From an uncultured bacterium (GTDB lineage: Bacteria > UBA8481): a stretch of DNA of 64,000 nucleotides. Of the stretch, positions 18,999 through 29,881 are shown piece after piece. Both the position numbers and the translations under genes were made by a program. Where the stretch lies: NCBI GenBank assembly GCA_964499705.1, contig CAZCME010000003.1:124001-188000 (forward strand), written 5' to 3'. Position 1 is the first letter of the stretch. Each line of letters begins with the position of its first letter. The notes beneath the pieces are model-generated. The model saw only the letters and a list, made by a program, of their open reading frames with translations, did not search any database and was not told the DNA's origin.

Positions 18999-21900
18999 GC
19001 GCCGCGCCGATCAAGTCGGGACTTCTCGACCGAAGCTTCACCGGTTTTCTCACGGCGGCTTTCCTCAACGCGTTCATCGACAACGCCTTCAAGATCATCA
19101 TCTCCTTCGTGATTCTTCGCGAGGCGCCCGGGCACGAAGGGACCGCGCTGGCCGCGGCGGCCGGCATCTTCACGCTGCCGTTCCTCCTCTTCTCGTCCTG
19201 GGCGGGAACGCTGGCGGATCGATATTCCAAGCGCGATGTCTTCGTCGTCATGCAGATCTTCTCCGTCTTCGCGTTCGGGCTCGGCGCTTACGCTCTCTCG
19301 ACAGGCCATCTCGCGCTCATCTTCGCGTCCCTGTTTCTCGCCGGGATGCAGGCCGCGTTCGTCTCGCCCGCCAAGTACGGGCTCCTGGCGGAAACACAAT
19401 CGCAGCAACAATTATCCCGCGCGAACGGGATCACGGAGTCGGTCAATTTTTCCGCGATCGTCCTGGGAACGGCCTTCGGAGGATTTGCATTGGCCGCCTC
19501 GCGGGGCGAAGCGTCGCTCGCGGTCATCGCGTGCGGAATCCTCGCGATCGCGGGAGTCGCCGCCTCGTTTCGCGTCTGGAGCGTTTCACCATCCGCGCCC
19601 ACCGCCCGGATCAATTGGATCAATCCGCTGGGAGAGACTTTCCGGGAGCTGAAAGCCGCGATGTCGGAGCCGAGACTGGGCGCGCCCATGGTGGGGCTCG
19701 CGTTCTTCTGGTTCCTCGGAGCGATGACTCAGATGAACGTGATGCTCTTCGCCCGCGAGGAGCTCTTCGCGGGGCTCTCGGCCGACCTCGTCGAATCGCG
19801 GACGGGGATTCTCCTGACGTGCCTGGCTCTCGGGATCGGAACCGGCTCCATCCTGGCCGGGCGCTGGTCGGGACCGAAGGTGGAGATCGGGCTTGTCCCG
19901 CTCGGCGCGCTGGGCATCGCCGGTTTCCTCTGCGATCTCGGATTCTTCGCCTCGTCCGCGCCACGTGCCGGAGCGGATCTCTTCGCGCTCGGGCTCTCGG
20001 GCGGGCTCTTCGTGGTACCGCTCCAGGCACTCCTGCAGTCGCGCGCTCCGGTTCACCATCGCGGCGCGGTGCTGTCGGCCTCGAACTTCCTCATCTTCTC
20101 CGCCATTCTCGCGGCATCCGGTGCGCTCCCGCTCTTCGAGGCCGCCGGATATTCCGCGCGCGGCATATTTCTCCTCCTGAGCGCGGCGACGCTTCTCCTC
20201 GCCCTGCGGCTGGCTCTCTGGCTCGGAGAATTCACCATCCGTTTTCTCATGTGGCTGGCGACGCACACGATCTACGACATCACGATCCGGGGGCGCGAGA
20301 ATTTCCCGGAGCGGGGTCCGGCGCTCCTCATAGCCAATCATGTCTCCTTCGCGGACGCGGTCCTCATAGGCGCGTGCGGACAGAGGATGATCCGCTTCGT
20401 GATGGATCGCGCGTATTTCGACAAACCTCTCCTGAAACCCTTCTGCCGGCTCATGAAAGCGATTCCGATCGCGCCCGGCGAATCGTCCTCGTCGCGGGCG
20501 AGCCTCATGCTCGCGGCGGAAGAACTGAAGAAGGGGCACGTCGTCTGCATCTTCGCGGAAGGGTCGATCACGAGGACCGGCAATCTGCTCGCGTTCCGCA
20601 AGGGATTCGAGGCGATCGCCCGCGAGGCGCATGCGCCGCTGATACCCGTGCATCTCGACGGGCTCTGGGGATCGATCTTTTCCTTCGACCGGGGTCGCGT
20701 CTTCTTCAAACGGCCGAAGCAGTTGCCTTATCCGGTCACGATATCCTTCGGCCCTCCCGCTCCTCCCGATGCCTCGGCGCATGAACTGCGGCAGGCCGTC
20801 AGCATCCTGGGTTCCGACGCGCTCTCTTTCCGATTGAAGAGCGAGTCCGGCGAAACGCTCCCGTCCGCCTTCATCCGATCCGCCCGCCGCCGGTGGTGGA
20901 AGCGCGCCGTGAGCGATTCGACCGGAGCGACCCTGTCGTACGGAAGGCTGTATTCGGTCGCCGTCGAACTCTCGCATCGACTGGCGAATTGCAATGAGAA
21001 GCGCATCGGTATTCTCCTTCCGCCGGGCGTGGCGGGATGCCTTGCGAATGTCGGGGCGTCGTTCGCCGGTTGTTCGACCGTGAACTTGAATTTCACGGCG
21101 TCTCATGAAGCGTTTCGATCCGCCGTCGAGCAGTCCGGTCTCCGGAGGATCCTGACATCGAAAAAATTCCTGGAGAAAGTGCCGAAGCTCGACCTGGGCG
21201 GCGTCGAGATTCTCCTGATGGAGGATCTCATCGGAGCGCTTCCGCGCGCCGGGATTTTCGCGCGACAATGGTGCGGCTTCTTCCTGCCGGCATTTTTGCT
21301 GCGTCGAGCCCTGTCCCGGCCGATCCCCGGCGATTCCGAGGCGACGGTCATCTTCTCGTCGGGTTCGACCGGGCTGCCGAAGGGAGCTGTCCTCTCGCAT
21401 GCGAATATCCGTGCGAATATCGCCGGCCTCGCGCAGGTCTTCGACGTGACGACCTCCGACGTGATCCTCGGAACTCTCCCGCTTTTTCATTCCTTCGGAT
21501 TCACCGCGACAATCTGGTTTCCGCTCATCGCGGGCTTCTCCGCGCACTATCATCCCAATCCGCTCGATCCGCGCGGCGTCGGCGCCGCTGCGCGAGCGTC
21601 CCGGTCGACGATCTTCGTCACGACTCCGACGTTCGCTTCGACGTACTGCAAGCGCATCGCGCCCGCCGATTTCGCGACGCTCCGGTTCACGATGGCGGGC
21701 GCCGAAGCCTTGCGCGCCGAACTCGTCTCCGCCTGGAAGGAGAAGTTCGGCTCGTCGATTCACGAGGGGTATGGCGCCACGGAATGCTCGCCCGTCATCG
21801 CGGCGAATACTCCCGCGAGGTCGAAGCCCGGATGCGTCGGCCATCCTCTGCCGGGCGTCACGATCCGTGTCGTCGATCGAGAGTCGGGCGACGACATGGG

Positions 21901-22414
21901 CGTGGCCCGCGAAGGCATGCTGGAGGTGCACGGCGCGAACGTCATGCTCGGTTATCTCGACGATCCGCTCCGGACATCCGAGGTTTTGCGCGAGGGATGG
22001 TATCGTACCGGAGACATGGCGGTCGTCGATCGGGACGGATTCATCCGGATCACGGGGAGGCTTTCCCGTTTCTCCAAGATCGCGGGCGAAATGGTCCCGC
22101 ACGGCAGGATTGAGGAAGAACTGCTGAAGATCGTTCCGGAATCGTCCAGCGCCCTGGCCGTCGCCGGCGTCGACGATCCGCGCCACGGCGAACGCCTCGT
22201 AGTTCTGCACGCGATCGATCTGAACGCCTTTGAAGCAACCCGGCGATTGCGGGAATCGGGTCTTCCCAACCTCTGGATCCCGCGACCCGAGGATTATCAT
22301 CGCGTCGACGTCCTTCCCGTTCTGGGTTCAGGAAAGCTCGATTTGAAGTTGATCCATGAGCTGGCCGCGGCCCTGGCGACCCGGGAAACGAGGCCGAAGT
22401 CGCTGGCGGGTTAG
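18995..22414 (+). CDS. aas: MFS-acyltransferase-acyl-ACP synthetase fusion (LplT/Aas type)
   Basis: MFS GTLADRYSKR; NHVSFAD and FAEGSITRTG acyltransferase motifs; FSSGSTGLPKG, EGYGATECSP, WYRTGD adenylation motifs. Confidence 0.92.
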   Translation: MSAAPIKSGLLDRSFTGFLTAAFLNAFIDNAFKIIISFVILREAPGHEGTALAAAAGIFTLPFLLFSSWAGTLADRYSKRDVFVVMQIFSVFAFGLGAYALSTGHLALIFASLFLAGMQAAFVSPAKYGLLAETQSQQQLSRANGITESVNFSAIVLGTAFGGFALAASRGEASLAVIACGILAIAGVAASFRVWSVSPSAPTARINWINPLGETFRELKAAMSEPRLGAPMVGLAFFWFLGAMTQMNVMLFAREELFAGLSADLVESRTGILLTCLALGIGTGSILAGRWSGPKVEIGLVPLGALGIAGFLCDLGFFASSAPRAGADLFALGLSGGLFVVPLQALLQSRAPVHHRGAVLSASNFLIFSAILAASGALPLFEAAGYSARGIFLLLSAATLLLALRLALWLGEFTIRFLMWLATHTIYDITIRGRENFPERGPALLIANHVSFADAVLIGACGQRMIRFVMDRAYFDKPLLKPFCRLMKAIPIAPGESSSSRASLMLAAEELKKGHVVCIFAEGSITRTGNLLAFRKGFEAIAREAHAPLIPVHLDGLWGSIFSFDRGRVFFKRPKQLPYPVTISFGPPAPPDASAHELRQAVSILGSDALSFRLKSESGETLPSAFIRSARRRWWKRAVSDSTGATLSYGRLYSVAVELSHRLANCNEKRIGILLPPGVAGCLANVGASFAGCSTVNLNFTASHEAFRSAVEQSGLRRILTSKKFLEKVPKLDLGGVEILLMEDLIGALPRAGIFARQWCGFFLPAFLLRRALSRPIPGDSEATVIFSSGSTGLPKGAVLSHANIRANIAGLAQVFDVTTSDVILGTLPLFHSFGFTATIWFPLIAGFSAHYHPNPLDPRGVGAAARASRSTIFVTTPTFASTYCKRIAPADFATLRFTMAGAEALRAELVSAWKEKFGSSIHEGYGATECSPVIAANTPARSKPGCVGHPLPGVTIRVVDRESGDDMGVAREGMLEVHGANVMLGYLDDPLRTSEVLREGWYRTGDMAVVDRDGFIRITGRLSRFSKIAGEMVPHGRIEEELLKIVPESSSALAVAGVDDPRHGERLVVLHAIDLNAFEATRRLRESGLPNLWIPRPEDYHRVDVLPVLGSGKLDLKLIHELAAALATRETRPKSLAG

Positions 22415-22492
22415 GATGGTGAGCACGGACCTTCTGCGTCAGCCGATCCTTTTCCTTGTCTCTTTCCCGCTTCGTGATTAAATGAGGTCGAT

Positions 22493-24133
22493 ATGGAACT
22501 GACGATCGAACTCCAGGATGGCTCCACGCGCACCGTGCCCGCCGGCACTCCCGTCGGCGATGTGCTCGGGGAGAACGGCGATCATCTCGCCGCGACCGTG
22601 GATAATCTCGTCGTCAGTTTTCATTACCGGCTTCTCCGGTCGGCGAAGGTGATTCCGTTGAAATACGGAAGCCGCGAGGGGACGGAAGTATACCGACGGA
22701 CGCTTTCGTTCATTCTCTCCGCCGCCGCGTCGAAGATCTTCACGAAATCGCATGTCGTCATCGGCCACTCGCTGGAAGGAGGTTATTACTTCGACCTGGA
22801 GGGCGAGGAGGAACTCGACGGCATCAAGCTGAAGAGGCTGGAGGAGAAGATGCGGGAGCTCATCAAGTCCGACCTGGAGCTCAGCCGCCATTACGTCTCC
22901 GTGAAGGAAGCGATGGGCATGTTCGCGGAACTGGGACGCCAGGACAAGGTGACGCTTCTGAAACGCAACTATCTCCACGATATCGCCGTGTACGGCCTCG
23001 ACGGCTTCTACGATTTTCCCGTCGGCCCGCTCGCTCCTCGAACCGGGCGCCTCTCCCGTTTCGCCGTTTCCCTCTATCCGCCGGGCTTCGTCCTCCGCTT
23101 CCCCGACAAGAAGAATATCGCCAAGATGCCTCCCGCTTCTGACCAGACGCGCCTCTTCGCCGTCTATCACGAGTCGAAAAAATGGTCGCAGATTCTGCAT
23201 ATCGCCAACGTCGGCGAGCTGAACGAGACGATCGCGAAACGGAAATTTCCGGATTGCGTTCACGTAGCGGAGGCGCTGCACGAGAAAAAGATCGCCTCCA
23301 TCGCCGACCAGCTGAGCGCCCGCATTCACGAGACGAGGCTCGTCTTTATCGCGGGCCCGTCTTCGAGCGGCAAGACGACGTTCGCCAAGCGCCTCGGCGT
23401 CCAGCTCCGCGTGAACGGTATCCGCCCCGTCGCCATCGGCATGGACGATTACTTCGTCGATCGCGACAGGACGCCGAAGGACGACAGAGGCGAGTATGAT
23501 TTCGAGGCGCTCGACGCCCTGAACGTCGAGCTTTTCAACGATCACCTCGTGCAGCTTCTCGACGGCAGGGAAGTCACGTGTCCCCGGTACGACTTCAAAT
23601 CCGGCCTGTCTCTTCCGGACGGGCACACGTTGAAGCTGGAGGACGACCAGGTGCTGATCGTCGAGGGCATTCACGGGCTGAACGACCGGCTGACGCCGAG
23701 AATCCCGAGGAACAAGAAGTTCCTGATCTATGTCTCCGCGCTGACGCAGCTGACGATCGACGATCATAACCGGATTCCGACGACCGACACGAGACTCATC
23801 CGCCGCATCGTCCGCGATCGCGCCTTCCGGGGCTACCTGGCGCTGGATACGCTCCGCCGCTGGCCGTCCGTCATCCGAGGCGAGTCGAGAAACATTTTTC
23901 CGTACCAGGAGGCGGCCGATGTCATCTTCAACACGGCGCTCCTGTACGAGCTGGCCGTCCTGAAATCCTACGCGCGGAGATCCCTGGAAGAAGTTCCGCC
24001 CGACCAGTCGGAATTTTCAGAAGCCCGCCGCATGCTCGACTTTCTCCACCTTTTCACGGAAGTGGACGCCGACGCGGTTCCGCCGACGTCGATCCTGCGG
24101 GAGTTCATCGGAGGATCGTCGTTCCGGTACTGA
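22493..24133 (+). CDS. Nucleoside (uridine) kinase with N-terminal ThrRS-like domain
   Basis: YRRTLSF, GHSLEGGYY; P-loop AGPSSSGKTT; IVEGIHGLN; SILREFIGGS. Confidence 0.88.
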   Translation: MELTIELQDGSTRTVPAGTPVGDVLGENGDHLAATVDNLVVSFHYRLLRSAKVIPLKYGSREGTEVYRRTLSFILSAAASKIFTKSHVVIGHSLEGGYYFDLEGEEELDGIKLKRLEEKMRELIKSDLELSRHYVSVKEAMGMFAELGRQDKVTLLKRNYLHDIAVYGLDGFYDFPVGPLAPRTGRLSRFAVSLYPPGFVLRFPDKKNIAKMPPASDQTRLFAVYHESKKWSQILHIANVGELNETIAKRKFPDCVHVAEALHEKKIASIADQLSARIHETRLVFIAGPSSSGKTTFAKRLGVQLRVNGIRPVAIGMDDYFVDRDRTPKDDRGEYDFEALDALNVELFNDHLVQLLDGREVTCPRYDFKSGLSLPDGHTLKLEDDQVLIVEGIHGLNDRLTPRIPRNKKFLIYVSALTQLTIDDHNRIPTTDTRLIRRIVRDRAFRGYLALDTLRRWPSVIRGESRNIFPYQEAADVIFNTALLYELAVLKSYARRSLEEVPPDQSEFSEARRMLDFLHLFTEVDADAVPPTSILREFIGGSSFRY

Positions 24134-24150
24134 GGGAGATCCCGAAGGGG

Positions 24151-26304
24151 ATGAGCCTGATGCTTGCCGTGAACACTGTGCTTGCCCTCTTTCTCTCGAC
24201 GCTCGTCTTCCTTCCCGTGACGGTCGCGGCGGGAGAAGACAAATTGTCCGCGCGCGTCAAGGAATTGGAGCAGCGCGTCCGCAGCCTGGAGTCCAGGATT
24301 CTCCTGGATCCCGCTTCATCCGGATGGGATGTCGTGGGCGATGGTTTCGGAACGGACGCGGAGCTTCCGGAAATGTTCCTGGGCTCCTCGAACATCTCCT
24401 ACGGCGACTTTTCGCGCGAAAGCCGGAAGGTGCTTGCGGAAGGGAGCGGCGTTGTCTGGGGGCGCGTGACCGCGAACGGACGCCCCTGCGCCGGGCTCCG
24501 CTTCCGATTTTTTCTCTCGAAGGATCTCCATACTTCCTGGACCACGTCGGATGAGAGCGGCATCTATCGCATTCATGTTCCTCCGGGAAAATACCTGTAC
24601 CGAGGTTTCGAGTTCGAATTGAAAACAGCCAATCGCCTCCTGCCGGACATGATCGAGGATGATGATGGACCGAGGGGATATAACTTGATGCTGGACGCGC
24701 AGGAAGAGGAGCCCGCGCGCGGGCCCGACTTCGACTTTGTGGACGCCGTCATCGCGATCCGTCCGCGCATGGAGGAGGACGTCAGCGCCATCAGGTTCGA
24801 GTGGAAACCGTATCCGGGGGCGGAATATTATCGCCTGAGGCTCGTTCACACGGGCGTGAAGTCCTACGGGCGCTGGGAAGAACTTTTCCCGCATGGAGAC
24901 TACGCGCGCGTGGACACGGTGAGCGTGACTCCCGAGGCGCTGAACATCACGTTGAAACCGGGGCATTGCTACCACTGGGAGATTCGAGCGTATCGCGGGG
25001 ATGAGGAGCAGATATCGCACAGTCCGATGATCGACTTCCGAATCGCGGGGATGGATTCGGCCGTGCTTGAGACCGAGGTCGAAGAAAAAGACGAGATCAT
25101 CACTTCGGCGCCTCCGTATTTCGAGCCGGATTCGTTCTCTTCGCCGCCGCCTGCCGCCGAAATACCGGCGGATGCGCGCGAGCTGATTGAGAAGCTCCTG
25201 GCCGAGCACGATAAGGAAGTGATGGCGGGGACGCCTCCTCGGCCGCGCGGCCGCCGCATTGGAAATGCCAGCTTCCCCGGCGAGACAGAGGCGTGGGATC
25301 CCGGCCGGATGTCAGCCCAGGGAGAACTTGTCGTGCCGCGCTCATCGATGCCCGCCGTCGCGGTGGGGGAGAGAATATTCGTGCTGGGCGGCCTGGGCCC
25401 CGGCAGGATGCTGGAGATGTTTCGTGGCGACGTCGAAGCGATCTTCGGTTCACTGCATGTCGATCGGCTCCCGACGAATCTCCTGCGCCGGAGATTCCAC
25501 ACGGCGGAATCCGAGGAGGGCCGCATCTACATCATGGGGGGCAATGCGATCGGGCGGGATCTTCCCCAAAGCTATTTTCCGAATGAAGTGGAGATTTACG
25601 ATCCGGCGACGGGGAGGATCGAGCAGGGGGCTCCTCTGCCTTCACCCCGCTACCTGGCCTCATCGGTTCTCCTCGATGGCCGGATCTACCTCATCGGCGG
25701 CAGCCCGCCCGTCTTTTCCGAGCACCGCGACACCGACGGATCCACGTACAGAAGCACCTCCAACAGCCCGCCGGACTCCCGCTGCTTCATCTACGACATC
25801 GCCGCGAACATCTGGCGGGAAGCGAGCCCGATGGCCGTCGCGCGCCAGTGCGATGCGGTCGTATGGGCCGGGAAGATCTACGCGGTCGGAGGCTACGACG
25901 GCAGGGAATCCCTTCGGGCTTTTGAAGTGTATGATCCGGCGAAAGACGCGTGGGAACGGTTGCCCGATCTGCCGTTCGCGACGAGCGCCAACCGGATGGT
26001 CGTGGCCGGCGACATGCTCTTCAGCTTCGGCGACTACACGGAGATGACGCGCGTCTACTGCTATGATTTTTTCCGGAGCACATGGAAGAAGCTGGAGATC
26101 GACCTGAAGCCTGTGCGACACGCCGCCGTCGTCAGGATGGATGACGCCCTTTATGTCATCGGAGGCAACGCGGGCAAGGGGCGCGCCGATTATGACGGCG
26201 GCGCCGGCGCGAATCCGGTCGGTACGATCCAAGTCTTCAAGATATCCGAGCTGATGCGCGCCGCAAGGGAAGGCGCGAAGATGGAATTGTCGTTGCCGAG
26301 ATAA
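24151..26304 (+). CDS. Secreted multidomain Kelch-repeat protein
   Basis: Signal peptide; repeated IFVLGG, IYIMGG, IYLIGG, IYAVGG, LYVIGG with YDP...W. Confidence 0.85.
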   Translation: MSLMLAVNTVLALFLSTLVFLPVTVAAGEDKLSARVKELEQRVRSLESRILLDPASSGWDVVGDGFGTDAELPEMFLGSSNISYGDFSRESRKVLAEGSGVVWGRVTANGRPCAGLRFRFFLSKDLHTSWTTSDESGIYRIHVPPGKYLYRGFEFELKTANRLLPDMIEDDDGPRGYNLMLDAQEEEPARGPDFDFVDAVIAIRPRMEEDVSAIRFEWKPYPGAEYYRLRLVHTGVKSYGRWEELFPHGDYARVDTVSVTPEALNITLKPGHCYHWEIRAYRGDEEQISHSPMIDFRIAGMDSAVLETEVEEKDEIITSAPPYFEPDSFSSPPPAAEIPADARELIEKLLAEHDKEVMAGTPPRPRGRRIGNASFPGETEAWDPGRMSAQGELVVPRSSMPAVAVGERIFVLGGLGPGRMLEMFRGDVEAIFGSLHVDRLPTNLLRRRFHTAESEEGRIYIMGGNAIGRDLPQSYFPNEVEIYDPATGRIEQGAPLPSPRYLASSVLLDGRIYLIGGSPPVFSEHRDTDGSTYRSTSNSPPDSRCFIYDIAANIWREASPMAVARQCDAVVWAGKIYAVGGYDGRESLRAFEVYDPAKDAWERLPDLPFATSANRMVVAGDMLFSFGDYTEMTRVYCYDFFRSTWKKLEIDLKPVRHAAVVRMDDALYVIGGNAGKGRADYDGGAGANPVGTIQVFKISELMRAAREGAKMELSLPR

Positions 26305-26317
26305 GGGCTGCGCAGGA

Positions 26318-26683
26318 TTAATCCTTGATGTGATCGAAGTGCTTGTCCGCGTGGAGAAGATCCACGCCGTGAATATGAGCGCAGGCTTTGATGAGATGAT
26401 CGGTGACAGGAACGGTGCGTCCGGCCCCTCGAACTCTGCGCGCTGTCATGATCGCGCGGGACCAGACTTCCGGAAGAATAGGAAGATTGGGGAGGATCTG
26501 TTCCATTTCATGGAGAACACTTTCTTCGTGATGTCCGCGAGCGCCGTTCCAGAGTTCGATCCGGACGACATCGCACCAGGCCGCCTCACCCGACTTTAAT
26601 AGCGCGCGCACTTCTTCATCAACCTTCGAGTCTCCGTGTGCGCGGAGCATATGAATCCATGCTGATGTATCGACGAGAATCAT
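26318..26683 (-). CDS. vapC: VapC PIN-domain toxin
   Basis: ILVDTSAWI, ELWNG, TDHLI, LLHADKHF. Confidence 0.9.
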   Translation of the reverse strand: MILVDTSAWIHMLRAHGDSKVDEEVRALLKSGEAAWCDVVRIELWNGARGHHEESVLHEMEQILPNLPILPEVWSRAIMTARRVRGAGRTVPVTDHLIKACAHIHGVDLLHADKHFDHIKD

Positions 26684-26692
26684 GGCGACCGA

Positions 26693-26896
26693 TCAATCCA
26701 TCGCGCGCATCTTGTGCAACTCCTCGATCGTCATCAAACCGTCGCATGTTCCGGCGTGACGAATCAGGGCCGCCATCCTCTTCCGCCGGTTGTAGTCCTC
26801 GATCGCCGTCACGACGGCTTGTCTTTTCGTCTTCGCCCGCGTGAATTTCATGGCATCCCGGAGTTCCTTATCGGGAATATCAATTGTAGTTTTCAT
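26693..26896 (-). CDS. vapB: VapB antitoxin (RHH)
   Basis: MKTTIDIPDKELRDAMKFTRAKTKRQAV; directly upstream of vapC. Confidence 0.88.
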   Translation of the reverse strand: MKTTIDIPDKELRDAMKFTRAKTKRQAVVTAIEDYNRRKRMAALIRHAGTCDGLMTIEELHKMRAMD

Positions 26897-26899
26897 GCT

Positions 26900-26918
26900 T
26901 CTATTTTATAGTAATAGA
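26900..26918. promoter_or_regulatory. Candidate VapBC autoregulatory operator
   Basis: TCTATT-N7-AATAGA inverted repeat in the AT-rich segment just upstream of vapB. Confidence 0.5.
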
Positions 26919-26943
26919 TAATCCAAATCAATATCCTCCGGAA

Positions 26944-28350
26944 TCATTGTTTCGGATCTCCGGCGGGAATGAGCGGCCCGGGCCAGGAACGGGGGCCGCA
27001 TTTTGAGCAGTTGCCTGGATTTTCAAGAGATCTTCCGCAGGATGGACATGGGATTCCGCCTTTCTTCGTAACGTAGAACGGAAAGACGAGAATGACCGGG
27101 AAAGATATCAGGAAACCGGTGAGCGTCCAGAAGCATGACGCATGGCCGCGTAGTCCGGCGCATCGGGCGAGAAGGAAACCCGCAATCGCTCCGGAGAAGT
27201 GAAGCGACAGAAAAGCGATGAAGCCGGAGCAAAATAATACGAAGGCATGTCGCACGGCTTCTGGAGCCATTTTGAAACTACTGGGATTTTCCAACATCGC
27301 GGCAATTGCAGTCATGGCCACTATAGGAATCGGCGCCGGTTGGATCGCCGCCTGAAAAATCTCCCTTCGCTCGGACTCCATTTGACCCTGCGACCAGTCA
27401 TACATTTTCACTTGTCCGGTGAATTCGGGCACGAACGTATCGATGGAGACCTCGCCGTTGGACATATCGACGATGAGGACACGATTCCTCTCATTCTCGT
27501 AATAATTAATCGCGAGTCTGTCGACGGACGCGGACGTCACGATGCCAAATGAATTTCCTTTTCCTTGTAACGAAGCAGGCAGTGCGATGCGCACAATGCT
27601 GTCGGGAAATCCGATAAAGAATTCGGTATCCGCGACCCATTGCATCATGAAGGACCCTGCGTCCTGATTGCCCGATGGCGCGAGCAGCGATGAACTCCGG
27701 GTGGATGCCGGCGCCGCGAAGAGCCTTTCGACGGCTGGTGGATCAAGTAAAATCTGATAGAGCCCCGTGGTGTCCATGACGATGAAAGACGCGCGTGGAC
27801 CATCGTTAAAAGTGCTCACGGCGTTCTGCTGAAATCCCTTGATTGAAACATCCGTATCAACGAATCCATCGGGACCAAGCCGTCCGAGCAAGATTCCTTT
27901 GCGTGAATAGAGCGCGTAGGTGCCTTCATCCACGAGCGGAAAACATGCCCTCCCATCACTCTTCCGATTTTTCAAGATATATGCACCCGATGATGGGTCG
28001 TATATTCCAGGTGAGGAGAAAATCTTCTTCCAGGATTCTCTCCACCTGTACCCGTATAGATGATCGGCCTGGGCGTAATTGAAGCCCTGATACCAAGCCT
28101 TCGACAGGAGGGCATCGCTTGCTAATATTTTTTCCTCGGGAGTCAGGGGTTGGCCTCCGGGATAAAAAAATGAATCGGGTTCGTCATCCTTTTGATAGAA
28201 CGTCTCGCCTCTGGTGGTCAGGATCGATTGGTAGCCGCGCGATACGTATGCAGGGTCGGGATAGAAATCGTCGAGGAAAAGCCAAATCATAAGGGAATAC
28301 GCGCAGAGCAGGACGATCGCGCCGGCGGTGGCTCCCATGCGTCGCATCAT
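26944..28350 (-). CDS. Membrane protein with large soluble domain and C-terminal zinc-ribbon (ABC operon accessory)
   Basis: N-terminal TM, C-terminal TMs, CPSC...CSKC; ATGA overlap with the permease. Confidence 0.7.
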   Translation of the reverse strand: MMRRMGATAGAIVLLCAYSLMIWLFLDDFYPDPAYVSRGYQSILTTRGETFYQKDDEPDSFFYPGGQPLTPEEKILASDALLSKAWYQGFNYAQADHLYGYRWRESWKKIFSSPGIYDPSSGAYILKNRKSDGRACFPLVDEGTYALYSRKGILLGRLGPDGFVDTDVSIKGFQQNAVSTFNDGPRASFIVMDTTGLYQILLDPPAVERLFAAPASTRSSSLLAPSGNQDAGSFMMQWVADTEFFIGFPDSIVRIALPASLQGKGNSFGIVTSASVDRLAINYYENERNRVLIVDMSNGEVSIDTFVPEFTGQVKMYDWSQGQMESERREIFQAAIQPAPIPIVAMTAIAAMLENPSSFKMAPEAVRHAFVLFCSGFIAFLSLHFSGAIAGFLLARCAGLRGHASCFWTLTGFLISFPVILVFPFYVTKKGGIPCPSCGRSLENPGNCSKCGPRSWPGPLIPAGDPKQ

Positions 28351-28991
28351 ATTTCCCTCTCCTGATAGGAGCGTCTACCGCCGCAAAAAAAGAGGAAGAT
28401 AGCGCATCCATCCAGAGCTTCGCTCCAGATGGGCCAACCCGCGTTCGTATACCAGATGGCGAGACCAAGCGCGGCGAAGACGGACAGATAGGCGGGCACG
28501 CGCTCCCTTTTCTGGGACGATGCGGCCCAGAGGGTTGCTGAATAGAGAATGAGACCCGAAAGGATGTGCGTGAGGCCGGGATAGGCCATCTCCCATCGGA
28601 AGGGACCGAAGTGACCGCGTGGTGTCGACGTCCAGAGGACGTACAACACATAGACCAGGGGCGTTGTAGCCAGGTACAGGCACATGCCCGCGATGAACTT
28701 GGCGCCGTACAAGACATTTCGACTGACAGGGCGATGAAGAAGAAAAGCTTCGGTCTGGGTCTTGGTATCCGTGGAGATTTGCGAGATTGCCAGGAGAAAT
28801 CCGAAAATGAGAGACACCAGGAAGAGCACTGCCATGAAAAATTGATCCAGCAGAGGGTAGGGATCGCTCCCTGGTAAACGTTTCTTCACGACCCAATTCA
28901 GATACAGGATCAGAAGAATTCCGGTAGTACATGAGATACGAAAGAATATGCGGTGCGCGCGAAATTCGCGGCGCATAAGTGCCAGGATCAT
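28347..28991 (-). CDS. ABC-2-type permease
   Basis: ALMRREFR start; FLLHRPVSRNVLYGAKF; six TM segments. Confidence 0.82.
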   Translation of the reverse strand: MILALMRREFRAHRIFFRISCTTGILLILYLNWVVKKRLPGSDPYPLLDQFFMAVLFLVSLIFGFLLAISQISTDTKTQTEAFLLHRPVSRNVLYGAKFIAGMCLYLATTPLVYVLYVLWTSTPRGHFGPFRWEMAYPGLTHILSGLILYSATLWAASSQKRERVPAYLSVFAALGLAIWYTNAGWPIWSEALDGCAIFLFFCGGRRSYQEREI

Positions 28992-29881
28992 GGTATTGGA
29001 ACCGGGCGAATCATCGATTCGTTCGCCGTCATCGCCACGAATATTTCTTCGAGCGACAGACTTTCTTCTTCCATGGATTCCAGTTCGAGAGCGCGAAGTC
29101 CTTCCGCGTCCGCCGCCACCACGCTCCAACCTCTTCCTTCACGCCGGCGGGACAGGAGCCCCGGAAGCGCGGTGGGGATATCGAGATCGTCCTTTAACCT
29201 GAGATGGTAACGACGGACGCGGCTTCGCAAGTCTTCCAGGTTTGCATCGGCGAGCATGCTGCCCTCTTTCAGGATGATGATCCGATCCGCGACGCGCTCC
29301 ACGTCGTCGAGAATGTGCGAAGTGAAAAGGACGGCGCGATCTCGCTGCGTCAGAACAGCGGCCATGGTCTCGAAGAATTCGTGTCGCACCACCGCATCGA
29401 GCCCCAGCATGGGATCGTCGAGCACGAGAACATCGGGATCGGCACCCAGAGCCAGAACAAGCGCCAACTGGCCGCGCTCGCCGTTCGAGAGATGCCCGAC
29501 CCTTCGTTTGAAGGGAAGGCGGAAATGTTCCTGGAGACGTTGCACACCTTCTGCGTTCCAGTTCGGATAGAAGGCTCGCGTGAAATGCATCATTTGTTCG
29601 ACCGTGCTCCACGGATCGAGGCGATTGCCTTCGGTCATGTAACCGACCCGCGCCCGGCGCATCGGGGGAAGTTTCCACGAATCCTCACCGTAGAGAAGGG
29701 CCCGGCCCAGGGTCGGTTTTAGCTGTCCCATAAGAATCTTGATCGCGCTCGTTTTACCTGCGCCGTTTCTCCCCAGGAGCGCGACGACCTCGCCCGCTCG
29801 AACTTCGAACGTGAGGCCGGCGACCGCGATCTTGCGTCCATAGGATTTCCAGAGATCATCAAACCGGATAGGGCCGGTCAT
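28988..29881 (-). CDS. ABC transporter ATP-binding protein (YtrB-like)
   Basis: GRNGAGKT, LSNGE, LVLDDP, FTSH. Confidence 0.92.
   Translation of the reverse strand: MTGPIRFDDLWKSYGRKIAVAGLTFEVRAGEVVALLGRNGAGKTSAIKILMGQLKPTLGRALLYGEDSWKLPPMRRARVGYMTEGNRLDPWSTVEQMMHFTRAFYPNWNAEGVQRLQEHFRLPFKRRVGHLSNGERGQLALVLALGADPDVLVLDDPMLGLDAVVRHEFFETMAAVLTQRDRAVLFTSHILDDVERVADRIIILKEGSMLADANLEDLRSRVRRYHLRLKDDLDIPTALPGLLSRRREGRGWSVVAADAEGLRALELESMEEESLSLEEIFVAMTANESMIRPVPIP

Noticed and set aside
19586-22300. 904-aa minus-strand ORF and the many other long overlapping ORFs
   Set aside because: They lie opposite or out of frame to well-supported genes; expected from stop-codon scarcity at high GC.
28340-28400. 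Frameshift joining the permease to the downstream membrane protein at the A7/T7 run
   Set aside because: The permease ends in a normal YQEREI-type tail and has a clean ATGA overlap with the next gene.
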